Shown: positions 1 to 8,971 of the stretch, in pieces
Numbering within the stretch: the first letter of the stretch is position 1
Layout of the letters: each line of letters opens with the position of its first letter
Assembly: GCA_036012755.1 (NCBI GenBank)
Contig: DASCPX010000002.1
Location: 1 to 54,617, forward strand
DNA from: Myxococcota bacterium
Lineage (GTDB): Bacteria > Myxococcota_A > UBA796 > CAJQPC01
Direction of reading: 5' to 3'
Length of the DNA: 54,617 bases
Program-made: the position numbers and the translations under genes
The notes under the pieces: model-generated
The model's database searches: none
What the model was told of the DNA's origin: nothing
Seen by the model: the letters and a program-made list of their open reading frames with translations, nothing else

Positions 1-366
1 CGCTTCGTTGCCCGGTTCGGGTCACCCTTGCAGGTCCCCCTACGTGCCTTCGGCGCTTACCCCCCCGGCGGCTCTGCGCCTCGCTGTCGCTTCGTTGCCT
101 GGTTCGGGTCACCCTTGCAGGTCCCCCTACGTGCCTTCGGCGCTTACCCCCCCGGCGGCTCTGCGCCTCGCTGGCGCTTCGTTGCCCGGTTCGGGTCACC
201 CTTGCAGGTCCCCCTACGTGCCTTCGGCGCTTACCCCCCCGGCGGCTCTGCGCCTCGCTGTCGCTTCGTTGCCTGGTTCGGCGACCCCCCGCAGGTCCCC
301 CTACGTGCCTTCGGCGCTTACCCCCCCGGCGGCTCTGCGCCTCACTGTCGCTTCGTTGCCTGGTTC
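1..366. repeat. Tandem array of an 87-bp GC-rich unit, at least 4.2 copies (may continue left of the window)
   Basis: Unit starts (CGCTTCGTTGCC) at 1, 88, 175, 262 and 349, an exact 87-bp period. Units are nearly identical and have no unique spacers. Confidence 0.97.
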
Positions 367-390
367 CACAGCTCCAGGCGGGTCGCGCGG

Positions 391-458
391 GCCACAAAGT
401 GTGGCGGATGGGACGGACAAGACGGGCTTCTCAGGCCAAAACGCCACAGTTTGTGGCG
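391..458. promoter_or_regulatory. Two copies of the palindrome GCCACA-N3-TGTGGC (candidate operators)
   Basis: GCCACAaagTGTGGC at 391-405 and CGCCACAgttTGTGGCG at 442-458, in the non-coding region upstream of the gene at 688. Confidence 0.5.
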
Positions 459-687
459 CTCCGCGTTCAGGAGGCTCAGAGGGAGAGCCCGCTGAGCATG
501 GCGCCGGTTCGCGCATCTCGTTCGAAGCGGTGTCAGCGTGGTGCCACGGCGCTGCGCAGGTCAGGGGATTGGGATAGACTCCAAGTGCCGTGTGAGCGGC
601 CGATACGCGGTTGGTGATGGACGCGTGACGTAGAATTCGAACAACCCCCTCGGTCAACCGAGGGCGACGGACGCGCAAGGAGAACCC

Positions 688-1239
688 GTGAAGGCCATTA
701 CGCGCGCTGCCCTGGGCGCAGCGCTTGCTCTGGGATTGACCTCTGTCCCTGCACTCGCGCAGGACACGACCACCACCCTCGAGCAGTCGTCCGCTACGAC
801 GGACAAGGAGAAGATCCGCTTCGCCAATGACGCCGTCGCGGAGATCTCCGACACGGTCGACTACCTCGAAGAGATGTACAAGGACTCGCAGTCGGAGGAG
901 GACCCGGTCCTCGTCCAGTGCATCTACAAGAAGTACAACGCCGCTGTCAGCCTGAAGGGCGTCGTCGAGTCGAGCAACGCCGCGATGCAGGAAGCCATGG
1001 CAGCCGGCGAGACCGGACGCGCGGACCTGGAGTTCCGCAAGATCGGCGTCGCCCAGAGCAAGGCCCAGCAGTTCAAGGCCGAGGCTGACGCCTGCTCCGG
1101 AGAGTCCGGCGTCGCGCCCGGCGTCACCGAGATCGACGTCACGAACGATGGACTTGGCGACGGCGACGACACGGAGCCGATCGAGGATTCCAACGATGAG
1201 ATCGGCGAGGATCCACCGGGCACAACTCCCTTCGAATAG
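688..1239 (+). CDS. Secreted alpha-helical hypothetical protein with two Cys and an acidic tail
   Basis: AAGGAG SD, GTG start, classical signal peptide (MKAITR...PALA|Q), strong GC3 bias. The DPVLVQC...AEADAC pattern resembles conserved myxobacterial hypothetical proteins. Confidence 0.85.
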   Translation: MKAITRAALGAALALGLTSVPALAQDTTTTLEQSSATTDKEKIRFANDAVAEISDTVDYLEEMYKDSQSEEDPVLVQCIYKKYNAAVSLKGVVESSNAAMQEAMAAGETGRADLEFRKIGVAQSKAQQFKAEADACSGESGVAPGVTEIDVTNDGLGDGDDTEPIEDSNDEIGEDPPGTTPFE

Positions 1240-1247
1240 GCATTGCG

Positions 1248-1306
1248 ACCTCACGCCGAACGGGTGAGGTAGGCGTGCCTGGCTGCGCGAGGTCTTCACC
1301 TCGTGC
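1248..1306 (+). terminator. Two intergenic stem-loops without a U-tract
   Basis: ACCTCAC...GTGAGGT (1248-1270) and GCGCGAGGT-cttc-ACCTCGTGC (1285-1306). Confidence 0.4.
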
Positions 1307-1328
1307 ATACTGAACGTGCGGAACCTGA

Positions 1329-2699
1329 ATGACGCAGAGGCAGAACTGGATGGCTGCAGTGGGCTTGATGGCGCTGACGAGCACCTTGGTCGTCGGCCAG
1401 GCTGAAGCCGCGCCGGGGGACCATGTCCAGGTCGGACGAGCCGAGCTGGTTCCGTCCATCGACATCGGCACCGAGTACCGGACGAACCTGTACTTCGTCG
1501 AGGACCAGGACCTGGCGATCTCTGGCGCCGCGCTCCTGGTGAATCCGGAGATTCGGGTCGGAATGCAGACGAACGAGATCAACCTCGATCTCGGTGCCCG
1601 GTACGGCATCAAGAAGTACTACTTCACGAACAAGGACCAGAACCCGGTCTACCAGCGGTCCAACCTCGATCGCTACAACGACATCTCGTCCAACCTGAAC
1701 CTCGGCATACTCCCGAACGCCATCGTTGGCGTGAAGCTGGGCGAGGACTTCACCGTCGACAACCGCGCGACCGAGGCGGAGTGGGCCGAGGGCTCGCTGA
1801 TCACGCGCCTCAAGAGCGACACCACCGGCGCCATCGCCGTGCAGCCGGGCAGCTCTTTCTTCGTCGACCTCGGCGGGCACTTCCTCTACGACAGCTACGG
1901 TGGAAACCCGGGCGCCTCCTTCGGCAACAGCAGCAGGCTCAACAGGCGTACCGCCTATGGCCCGCAGGCCACGCTCAACTGGCACTTCTTCCCGCGCACC
2001 GCACTGCTCGTCGACTTCGGCATGGACTGGTTCAGGTGGGAGGAAAACGCGCTCAACGCCGTCGGTGGCCAGGGCGTGGAAGACGTCGGCGACCGGCTTG
2101 GTATTCCCGATGGCCGCGAGTGGCGTGCCACGGCTGGCGTCCAGGGCCGGGTCAGTCACAGCTTCGTCGTCAACGTGATCGGGGGCTACGGCCAGATCGA
2201 CTACGACGAGCAGTCGGTGCTCGACGCCGCAGCCGAGCTCGCGGCGAACGGCGCTCGGGGCGCAGACGAGATCAACGTCAGCGAGGGCTGGGCGACGGAC
2301 CTGAAGGGGCTCAGCGGCCTGCTCATCACGACGAAGGCGACGTGGAAGCCCGTGGCGGGCCAGAGCATGAGCCTCGGCTACCAGAAGGACTTCGAGGACA
2401 GCTGGTTCACGAACTACCTCGCCTACCACTACGGCTTCGCTCGCTACAACGGCCTCGTCGCCAGCCGCTGGGGTGTGGAGCTCGAGGGCGGCCTCCGCTA
2501 CGAGACCTACGTCGGCGAGCTGAACCGCAACGACATGTTCATCCGGACTCAGGGTGGGCTGGCCTACAACGCCGCCGAGTGGATGGACCTCTCCGCCAAC
2601 GTGGGCTGGAAGCGCCGTGTGAGCGCTGACAGTCCGCCGGTCGCGACCATCGAGTTCGACGACGTGGCTGCGTCATTCCTGGTCACGCTCAGGTACTGA
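1329..2699 (+). CDS. Outer-membrane beta-barrel protein, probably polysaccharide-export associated (EpsX/Wzp/BBP2-like)
   Basis: Signal peptide (...AEA|A), many amphipathic aromatic beta-strands, C-terminal beta-signal LVTLRY, adjacent to galE. Confidence 0.7.
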   Translation: MTQRQNWMAAVGLMALTSTLVVGQAEAAPGDHVQVGRAELVPSIDIGTEYRTNLYFVEDQDLAISGAALLVNPEIRVGMQTNEINLDLGARYGIKKYYFTNKDQNPVYQRSNLDRYNDISSNLNLGILPNAIVGVKLGEDFTVDNRATEAEWAEGSLITRLKSDTTGAIAVQPGSSFFVDLGGHFLYDSYGGNPGASFGNSSRLNRRTAYGPQATLNWHFFPRTALLVDFGMDWFRWEENALNAVGGQGVEDVGDRLGIPDGREWRATAGVQGRVSHSFVVNVIGGYGQIDYDEQSVLDAAAELAANGARGADEINVSEGWATDLKGLSGLLITTKATWKPVAGQSMSLGYQKDFEDSWFTNYLAYHYGFARYNGLVASRWGVELEGGLRYETYVGELNRNDMFIRTQGGLAYNAAEWMDLSANVGWKRRVSADSPPVATIEFDDVAASFLVTLRY

Positions 2700-2709
2700 A
2701 TCAGTCATA

Positions 2710-2811
2710 GGGGGACCCCTGCAGGTCCCGCTACGCGCCTTCGGCGCTTACCCCCCCGGCGGCCCTGCGCCTCGCTGGCGGTTCGTTGCCCGCTCTCTGC
2801 CGGGTGCCCCC
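2710..2811. repeat. Solitary, diverged copy of the 87-bp unit between convergent genes
   Basis: About 2716-2792 reads CCCTGCAGGTCCCGCTACGCGCCTTCGGCGCTTACCCCCCCGGCGGCCCTGCGCCTCGCTGGCGGTTCGTTGCCCG, matching the array unit with a few substitutions. Confidence 0.9.
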
Positions 2812-2829
2812 TTGAAGACACAGCTGGGT

Positions 2830-3807
2830 TCAGAAGCGGGGGCTGCGGGCCCAGCGCCAAGCGTCGTCGACGATGACGTCGATGTCCGTGTGTCGCGCCT
2901 GCCAGGCCAGGTCGTCGCGGGCGCGGTCCGCGCTTGCCCAGACCCGCGCCGGGTCGCCCTGACGGCGAGGCGCGTCGAGCGCAGGCACCTCTCGCCCAGT
3001 CACCCGCGCGACGCTTCGGAGGACCTCCAGCACCGAGGTCCCGCTGCCAGTCCCGAGGTTCCAGACGCCGCCAGGGTGGCCGCCGATCAGCTGGTCCATG
3101 GCCGCGAGGTGCGCGCTCGCGAGGTCCTGGACGTGGACGTAGTCGCGGATGCAGGTGCCGTCGGGCGTGTCGTAGTCGCGTCCGAAGATCCTCAGGGGCG
3201 GGCGCTCGCCGAGGACCGCCATCAGCGCCAGCGGAATCAGGTGCGTCTCCGGCTCGTGCGACTCGCCGAGGTGCCCCTCCGGGTGAGCGCCGGCGGCGTT
3301 GAAGTAGCGCAGGGAGGCCACGGGTAGCTGGCGCTCTCGCCGGATGTCCTCGAGGAGTTGCTCCGCCATCCACTTGCTGCGTCCGTAGGGGCTCTCGGGT
3401 GCCTTGGGGGTGTCCTCGCACACCGGCGTGTCGTCCGGTGTGCCGTAGATGGAGCAGGAGGAGGAGAAGACGAACGCCCCGACGCCGGCTTCGACGCAGG
3501 CGGATGCCAGCGCCGCGGTCCCGCCCACGTTGACGTCGTAGTAGAGCGCAGGCTGCTGGCTCGACTCACCGACCAGCGCCTTCGCCGCGAAGTGCATGGT
3601 CGCGTCGAAGCCCCGAGCGAGGACCCGGCGCAGCGCGGCCCGATCCCGGATGTCGGCTTCGATCAGCGGACAGTCGACCGCCTCGCCATGGCCCGCAGAC
3701 AGGTCATCGAGGACCACCACGTCGTCGCCACGCTCCAGCAACATCCGCGCAGCGTGGGATCCGATGTACCCCGCGCCTCCAGTGACCAGCACCCGTAGCT
3801 TCGACAC
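2830..3807 (-). CDS. galE: UDP-glucose 4-epimerase
   Basis: GGAGYIGSH, YGRSK, LRYFNAAGA and DGTCIRDYVHV motifs. Confidence 0.96.
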   Translation of the reverse strand: MSKLRVLVTGGAGYIGSHAARMLLERGDDVVVLDDLSAGHGEAVDCPLIEADIRDRAALRRVLARGFDATMHFAAKALVGESSQQPALYYDVNVGGTAALASACVEAGVGAFVFSSSCSIYGTPDDTPVCEDTPKAPESPYGRSKWMAEQLLEDIRRERQLPVASLRYFNAAGAHPEGHLGESHEPETHLIPLALMAVLGERPPLRIFGRDYDTPDGTCIRDYVHVQDLASAHLAAMDQLIGGHPGGVWNLGTGSGTSVLEVLRSVARVTGREVPALDAPRRQGDPARVWASADRARDDLAWQARHTDIDVIVDDAWRWARSPRF

Positions 3808-3953
3808 GTCCTCACCCTCACCGGGCCCGCTGGATGTGTCAAGAACGCTGAACCTGATGTGAAACCTGAAGTGCGTTGATGACGTGTCAATACTTCTGCG
3901 GTACGCTCGGTAGGGGCTGAGTGCCTGCTGTTGTTGATCTGGGAGAAGCTGAC

Positions 3954-6815
3954 GTGGCTCGAACGAGGACGACCTCGAAGAAGAAGGCTGCTCCGAAGCG
4001 TGGAGCCACGACCAGGACCAAGGCCAAGGCCGCGCCCAAGAAGAGGGTGAAGGCGCTGCCCCAGGCGGGGGCCTTCGGGCCTGACAACCGCCGCTCCATC
4101 TTCTTCCTGGGCGGCATCGCGACCTGCGTCTTCACGCTGCTGTCGCTCGCCAGCTACTCGGCCACCGATCCGGCCTTCTCCCGCCGCTCGTCGGTCGAGG
4201 AGGTCGCGAACTGGTGCGGCCGCTGGGGTGCCCTGCTCGCGGACCTGCTGTACCAGACCCTCGGCCTGACGGCGTGGGCCGTGGGCGTGGTCGCGGTCTG
4301 GTTCGGGCTCCGCCTGGCACGCCGGGAGGGCGCCACCGTGGGCCGCCTGTTCGCAGGAATCGGCGGGACCTGGTGGGCCGCGACCCTGCTCGCGCTGTTG
4401 TTCTACCCGGACGCCGGAGGGGACTTCCCCAGGGGCGGACTGCTCGGAGACGTGACCGCCGGCATGCTGCTGGGCACCGTCGGCACCGTGGGCTCCTATG
4501 TCATCGTCCTGGTGCTGTTGCTCGTGGCGGCCACCGTCGTCTTCGGCATCAACTGGGAGACGCTGGCTGGCCGCGGCGTGGACGCGGTCGAGGGCGGAAC
4601 GCCGCGCATCTGGAACGTCTTTACGGCCGGAACTCGTGGTGCATGGGCCCGGTCGGCTGGCCTCCTGAGTGGAGCCCGGGAGCGCCTCGCAGAGGCCCGC
4701 GAGGCACGTGAGGCGCGGCTCGAGGCGAGCCTGGACCAAGACGCCGATCAGGGTGACGAGGTCTTCGACAGCGGACCCGAGTCCATCGCAGCGCCCTCGG
4801 TCGGATCCGGGCTGGACATCGCCATCGACCACCCCGAGCCGGTCGTCGCGCTCGAGTCCGGCATCACCGGCGTTCGCTTCGATGCCGACGCGCCCAGCGT
4901 AGGCGACGCGGTGCCGACCGCCGTCGCGCAGCGAGCACTCGTCGAGGTGGAGTACGTGCCGACCGTCAACGAGTACGCGGATCCCACACCGGCGACTCCC
5001 GTGCAGGACCACGAGCCTCCAAAGAGCGAGGGCTACGACCTGCCGCTGGCCGATTCGAGCCCGTCCTTCGAGCCGAGCGCGGCTCCCTACCTCGGCGAGG
5101 ACGTCATGGGCGACGGGAGCGTCTACGACGAGCCCTCCGGCAGGCCCAGCCAGTTCGATGTCGTCGAGCCGATGTTCGTTCGCCCGTCCGTGAGCGACCC
5201 TCACCTCGACCATGAGCCGGCGTCAGCTACACCCGCTCCAAAGCGGGCGACTCCGGAGCCGGCGATCGAGCCCGGAGATCTCGTCTCCGGCGGGCACGCC
5301 AACGCCGACCTCATCGCCCGGCCCAGCGAGCCCGAGATCGTGTGGGAGTTGCCTCCCTATTCGCTGCTCGACCAGCACGACCGCAGCGTTGGGGTGCTCG
5401 ACGAGGACGCCCTGAAGGACATGGCTGAAGCGCTCGTCCAGAAGCTCGCCGACTTCAACGTACGGGGCGAGGTGACCGCGATCCGCCCCGGTCCGGTCAT
5501 CACGATTTTCGAGTACCTCCCGGCGGCCGGCATCAAGGTGTCCAAGATCGCCAGCCTCTCGGACGACATCGCGATGGCCATGCGCGCCCTCCGGGTCCGT
5601 ATCGTCGCCCCCATTCCCGGGAAGGGCGTCGTCGGCATCGAGATCCCGAACAAGAACCGGCAGACGGTGTGGTACCGCGACATCGTCGTCAGCAAGGAGT
5701 TCCGCGCCGCTGACCGACAGCTCCCGTTGGCCATCGGCAAGACCACGGACGGACGGCCCTACGTCACCGATCTCGTGAAGATGCCCCACCTCCTGGTCGG
5801 CGGAACGACCGGGTCCGGGAAGTCGGTGGGCGTCAACGCGATGCTCGTGAGCATGCTCTACGCGCGCACGCCCGACGAGCTTCGCCTGATTCTCGTCGAC
5901 CCGAAGATGCTCGAGTTCGAGCTCTACAACGACATCCCGCACCTCCTGCACCCGGTCGTCACCGAGCCCAAGCTCGCGGCGGCTGCGTTGAAGTGGGCAT
6001 GCGACGAGATGGATCGTCGCTACCGCCTGCTCGCCCGGTGGAGCGTGCGGAGCATCACCTCGTACAACAAGAAGGTCGATCGCGAGCTCGAGGACTGGAC
6101 CCCCGTCAAGGCTCGCCGCTACGCTCCGCGCAAACACCCCTCGGACCAGCCCCTGCCGAGGCCGGCGAAGCTGCCCTACATCGTCATCGTGATCGACGAG
6201 CTCGCCGACCTGATGATGGTCGCGAGCAAGGACGTCGAAGAGGCCATCGTGCGGCTGGCCCAGAAGGCGCGCGCCTGTGGCGTGCACCTCGTCGTCGCCA
6301 CGCAGCGTCCCAGCGTCGACGTGATCACCGGCCTGATCAAGGCGAACATGCCTACGCGCATCGCCTTCCAGGTCCGGAGCAAGACAGACGGCCGCACGAT
6401 CCTGGATCAGAACGGCGCCGAGACGCTGCTGGGCAAGGGCGACATGCTCGTGCTCCCGCCGGGTGTGTCCGCGCTGCTCCGCTGTCACGGTCCCTTCGTC
6501 GCAGACGACGAGGTCACCCGGGTCTGCGAGTTCTGGCGCGACCAGGGCGAGCCGAGCTACGACGCCGAGATCCGGGTCGTGGAGGACCACGGCCTCGATC
6601 CCCTCTCCGACGACGACTACGACGAGAACTACGACATCGCCGTGCAGATCGTCACAGAGGCCGGCAAGGCCAGCACCTCGATGATCCAGCGTCGCCTGAA
6701 GATCGGCTACAACCGCGCCGCCCGCATCGTAGAGGTGATGGAGAGGGAGGGCATCGTCGGTCCCGCGGACGGGGCTCGCCCCCGAAAGGTCCTGGTACCG
6801 CCCATCGAGGGGTAG
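3954..6815 (+). CDS. ftsK: DNA translocase FtsK
   Basis: N-terminal TM segments, acidic Pro-rich linker, GTTGSGKS Walker A, DELADLM, ATQRPSVDV, gamma domain IQRRLKIGYNRAAR. GTG at 3954 chosen from the SD position. Confidence 0.96.
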   Translation: MARTRTTSKKKAAPKRGATTRTKAKAAPKKRVKALPQAGAFGPDNRRSIFFLGGIATCVFTLLSLASYSATDPAFSRRSSVEEVANWCGRWGALLADLLYQTLGLTAWAVGVVAVWFGLRLARREGATVGRLFAGIGGTWWAATLLALLFYPDAGGDFPRGGLLGDVTAGMLLGTVGTVGSYVIVLVLLLVAATVVFGINWETLAGRGVDAVEGGTPRIWNVFTAGTRGAWARSAGLLSGARERLAEAREAREARLEASLDQDADQGDEVFDSGPESIAAPSVGSGLDIAIDHPEPVVALESGITGVRFDADAPSVGDAVPTAVAQRALVEVEYVPTVNEYADPTPATPVQDHEPPKSEGYDLPLADSSPSFEPSAAPYLGEDVMGDGSVYDEPSGRPSQFDVVEPMFVRPSVSDPHLDHEPASATPAPKRATPEPAIEPGDLVSGGHANADLIARPSEPEIVWELPPYSLLDQHDRSVGVLDEDALKDMAEALVQKLADFNVRGEVTAIRPGPVITIFEYLPAAGIKVSKIASLSDDIAMAMRALRVRIVAPIPGKGVVGIEIPNKNRQTVWYRDIVVSKEFRAADRQLPLAIGKTTDGRPYVTDLVKMPHLLVGGTTGSGKSVGVNAMLVSMLYARTPDELRLILVDPKMLEFELYNDIPHLLHPVVTEPKLAAAALKWACDEMDRRYRLLARWSVRSITSYNKKVDRELEDWTPVKARRYAPRKHPSDQPLPRPAKLPYIVIVIDELADLMMVASKDVEEAIVRLAQKARACGVHLVVATQRPSVDVITGLIKANMPTRIAFQVRSKTDGRTILDQNGAETLLGKGDMLVLPPGVSALLRCHGPFVADDEVTRVCEFWRDQGEPSYDAEIRVVEDHGLDPLSDDDYDENYDIAVQIVTEAGKASTSMIQRRLKIGYNRAARIVEVMEREGIVGPADGARPRKVLVPPIEG

Positions 6816-6885
6816 GCGCGAAAAGACATCGCGTGACGAATGGTCCCCCCCGGCAGCCCGTCTGGAGGTGTCAGGAGACCCAACG

Positions 6886-7608
6886 ATGCTTGATCTCGGC
6901 CTTTGCACGCGGTACCAGAAAAGCTCCCTCCTTGCGGGGTGCGCGTTGCTCGCCTTCCTCCTCTCCGTCTTCCTCCTCGTCTCTGGTCCTGCGCTCGCCA
7001 GTACGGACGAGCCCCAGAACGTCGAGGAGCTCATCGCGGCCGTCGAGGGGACCTATGGCGACGTCGAGTCGCTGCGCGCCGACTTCGTCCAGGTCGTGCG
7101 CAGCGCGGGCGGGGAGCAGAAGACCAAGGGACGGGTGGTGCTGAAGCGACCCCGCCTGATGAAGTGGGACTCGACCAAGGAGCCGGGTGGGACGCTGTTC
7201 GTGTCCGACGGCGAGAAGATGTGGATCTACAGCCCCACCGACAAGCAGGTGCTCGTCTACAACGATCTGTCCCAGGCCGGCGGCGGCCTCGCGATCGACT
7301 TGCTCGACAGCCTGGAGGATCTCGACGAGCACTTCGACGTGGAGTTCCTGGGCAAGGAAGGAGGCGCGAAGAAGAACGCCTTCGTGGTCAGGCTCGATCC
7401 GAAGGCGGAGGACTCTCCTTACAAGGAGGTCCGGCTGGTGTTGTCCAGGAAGAAGTACGAGCTCCAGCAGGTCATCCTCGTGGACCAGTTCGGCACGGAG
7501 AACGAGTTCACCTTCTCGTCGGTGAAGCTCAACCCTGACATCCCTGCGTCGGAGTTCACCTTCGAGCCTCCGGATGGCGTGGAGACCATTGACGTCCAGG
7601 GAATCTGA
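6886..7608 (+). CDS. lolA: Outer-membrane lipoprotein carrier protein
   Basis: LRADFVQ, KRPRLMKW, VSDGEKMWIYSP and FTFEPPDGV motifs. Follows ftsK. AGGAG SD before the ATG at 6886. Confidence 0.9.
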   Translation: MLDLGLCTRYQKSSLLAGCALLAFLLSVFLLVSGPALASTDEPQNVEELIAAVEGTYGDVESLRADFVQVVRSAGGEQKTKGRVVLKRPRLMKWDSTKEPGGTLFVSDGEKMWIYSPTDKQVLVYNDLSQAGGGLAIDLLDSLEDLDEHFDVEFLGKEGGAKKNAFVVRLDPKAEDSPYKEVRLVLSRKKYELQQVILVDQFGTENEFTFSSVKLNPDIPASEFTFEPPDGVETIDVQGI

Positions 7609-8971
7609 GACGAAGGTCCACCTGGTCAGCCTGGGCTGCCCCAAGAACCGAGTGGACTCAGAGGTCATGGTCGGCACGCTGAGCGAGCGTGACTACGAGC
7701 TGGTCGACGATCCTGACGGCGCCGACGTGATCGTCGTCAACACCTGCTCGTTCATCCAGCCTGCCACCGAGGAGTCGATCGAGACCGTCCTCGAGATGGC
7801 CAGGTTCAAGGAGGGCCGGTGCAAGAAGCTGGTCGTCACCGGCTGCATGGTGCAGCGCTACGGTGCCGAGCTCGAGGGTGAGCTGCCCGAGGTCGATCAC
7901 TTCCTCGGGACCGGGGAGTACCACCGCATCGCCGACGTGATCCGCAGGACTGACGCGCCGAGGAGCTACGTCGACGTGCCGATGTACATCCACGACGAGC
8001 TCGCGCCGCGCGTCAACTCGTGGGCCGGCCACAGCGCGTACTTGAAGATCTCGGAGGGCTGCAACCACCGCTGCTCCTTCTGCATCATCCCCAAGCTGCG
8101 GGGCAAGCTCCGATCCCGCAGCGTCGAGTCACTGTCCATCGAGGCGGCCCGACTCGCGGCCCAGGGAGTCCGCGAGCTCAACCTGGTCAGCCAGGACAGC
8201 ACCGCCTACGGTCGGGACCTCTACGGCAGCCCGGCGCTCGCCCAGCTCCTGCGCTCTCTCTGCAGGGTGGATGGCCTCGAGTGGATCCGCATCCACTACG
8301 CCTACCCCATCGGACTTCCGGACGAGCTCCTCGCCGCGATAGCCGAGGAGCCGAAGGTCGTGCCCTACCTCGACATGCCTCTCCAGCACGCCTCGGGCCC
8401 GATGTTGAAGGCCATGAAGCGTGGCGTCACCCGCAGCTCTCAGGAACGGATCCTGTCCAGGGTGCGCTCAGCCGTGCCCGACATCTCGCTGCGGACGACC
8501 TTCATCGTCGGCTTCCCAGGCGAGACCGACGAGGACTTCGCCGTCCTCGAAGACTTCGTGCAACAGCAGCGCTTCTCTCGTGTAGGGGTCTTCGCCTACT
8601 GCCAGGAGGACGGCACTCCCGCCGCGAGCCTGCCAGACCAGGTGCCAGAGGAGCTGCGGAGCGCGCGGCAGGAGGCCTTGATGGCGCGCCAGGCGAGAAT
8701 CAGCGCGGAACTCCACTCCGAGCAGCTCGGACAGCTCGTCCCGGTGATGGTGGACGGCGTCAGCGAGGAGACCAAGCTCTTGCTGGAGGGACGCCTGGCG
8801 AGCCAGGCCCCGGATGTCGACGGAAAGGTCTACATCACCAGCGCCCCGGGGGGCGTGAGGGCTGGTGACATCCTGCCTTGTCGGATCACCGAGGTGACGG
8901 CCTACGATCTCGTCGGCGAGCTCATCGTCGGAGACGTCCGAGGCGCGGGCAGGCCCCGCAGGTCGCCATAG
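7574..8971 (+). CDS. rimO: Ribosomal protein S12 methylthiotransferase
   Basis: SLGCPKNRVDSE, NTCSFI, radical SAM CNHRCSFC, TRAM domain with QAPDVDG. True start may be the TTG at 7589. Confidence 0.94.
   Translation: MAWRPLTSRESETKVHLVSLGCPKNRVDSEVMVGTLSERDYELVDDPDGADVIVVNTCSFIQPATEESIETVLEMARFKEGRCKKLVVTGCMVQRYGAELEGELPEVDHFLGTGEYHRIADVIRRTDAPRSYVDVPMYIHDELAPRVNSWAGHSAYLKISEGCNHRCSFCIIPKLRGKLRSRSVESLSIEAARLAAQGVRELNLVSQDSTAYGRDLYGSPALAQLLRSLCRVDGLEWIRIHYAYPIGLPDELLAAIAEEPKVVPYLDMPLQHASGPMLKAMKRGVTRSSQERILSRVRSAVPDISLRTTFIVGFPGETDEDFAVLEDFVQQQRFSRVGVFAYCQEDGTPAASLPDQVPEELRSARQEALMARQARISAELHSEQLGQLVPVMVDGVSEETKLLLEGRLASQAPDVDGKVYITSAPGGVRAGDILPCRITEVTAYDLVGELIVGDVRGAGRPRRSP

Noticed and set aside
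1..366. CRISPR array
   Set aside because: The units are contiguous 87-mers with no unique spacers, and there are no cas genes.
8..577. ORFs 8..577 and 28..495 as repeat proteins
   Set aside because: They stay open only because the 87-bp unit lacks stops. There is no SD or recognisable domain, and the same unit occurs as intergenic DNA at about 2716.
3663..7034. Long antisense ORFs (3663..5213, 5223..7034, and similarly 19985..21772, 23628..24995, 31364..33034, 45875..47680)
   Set aside because: These are shadow frames of well-supported genes, expected from high-GC codon bias.
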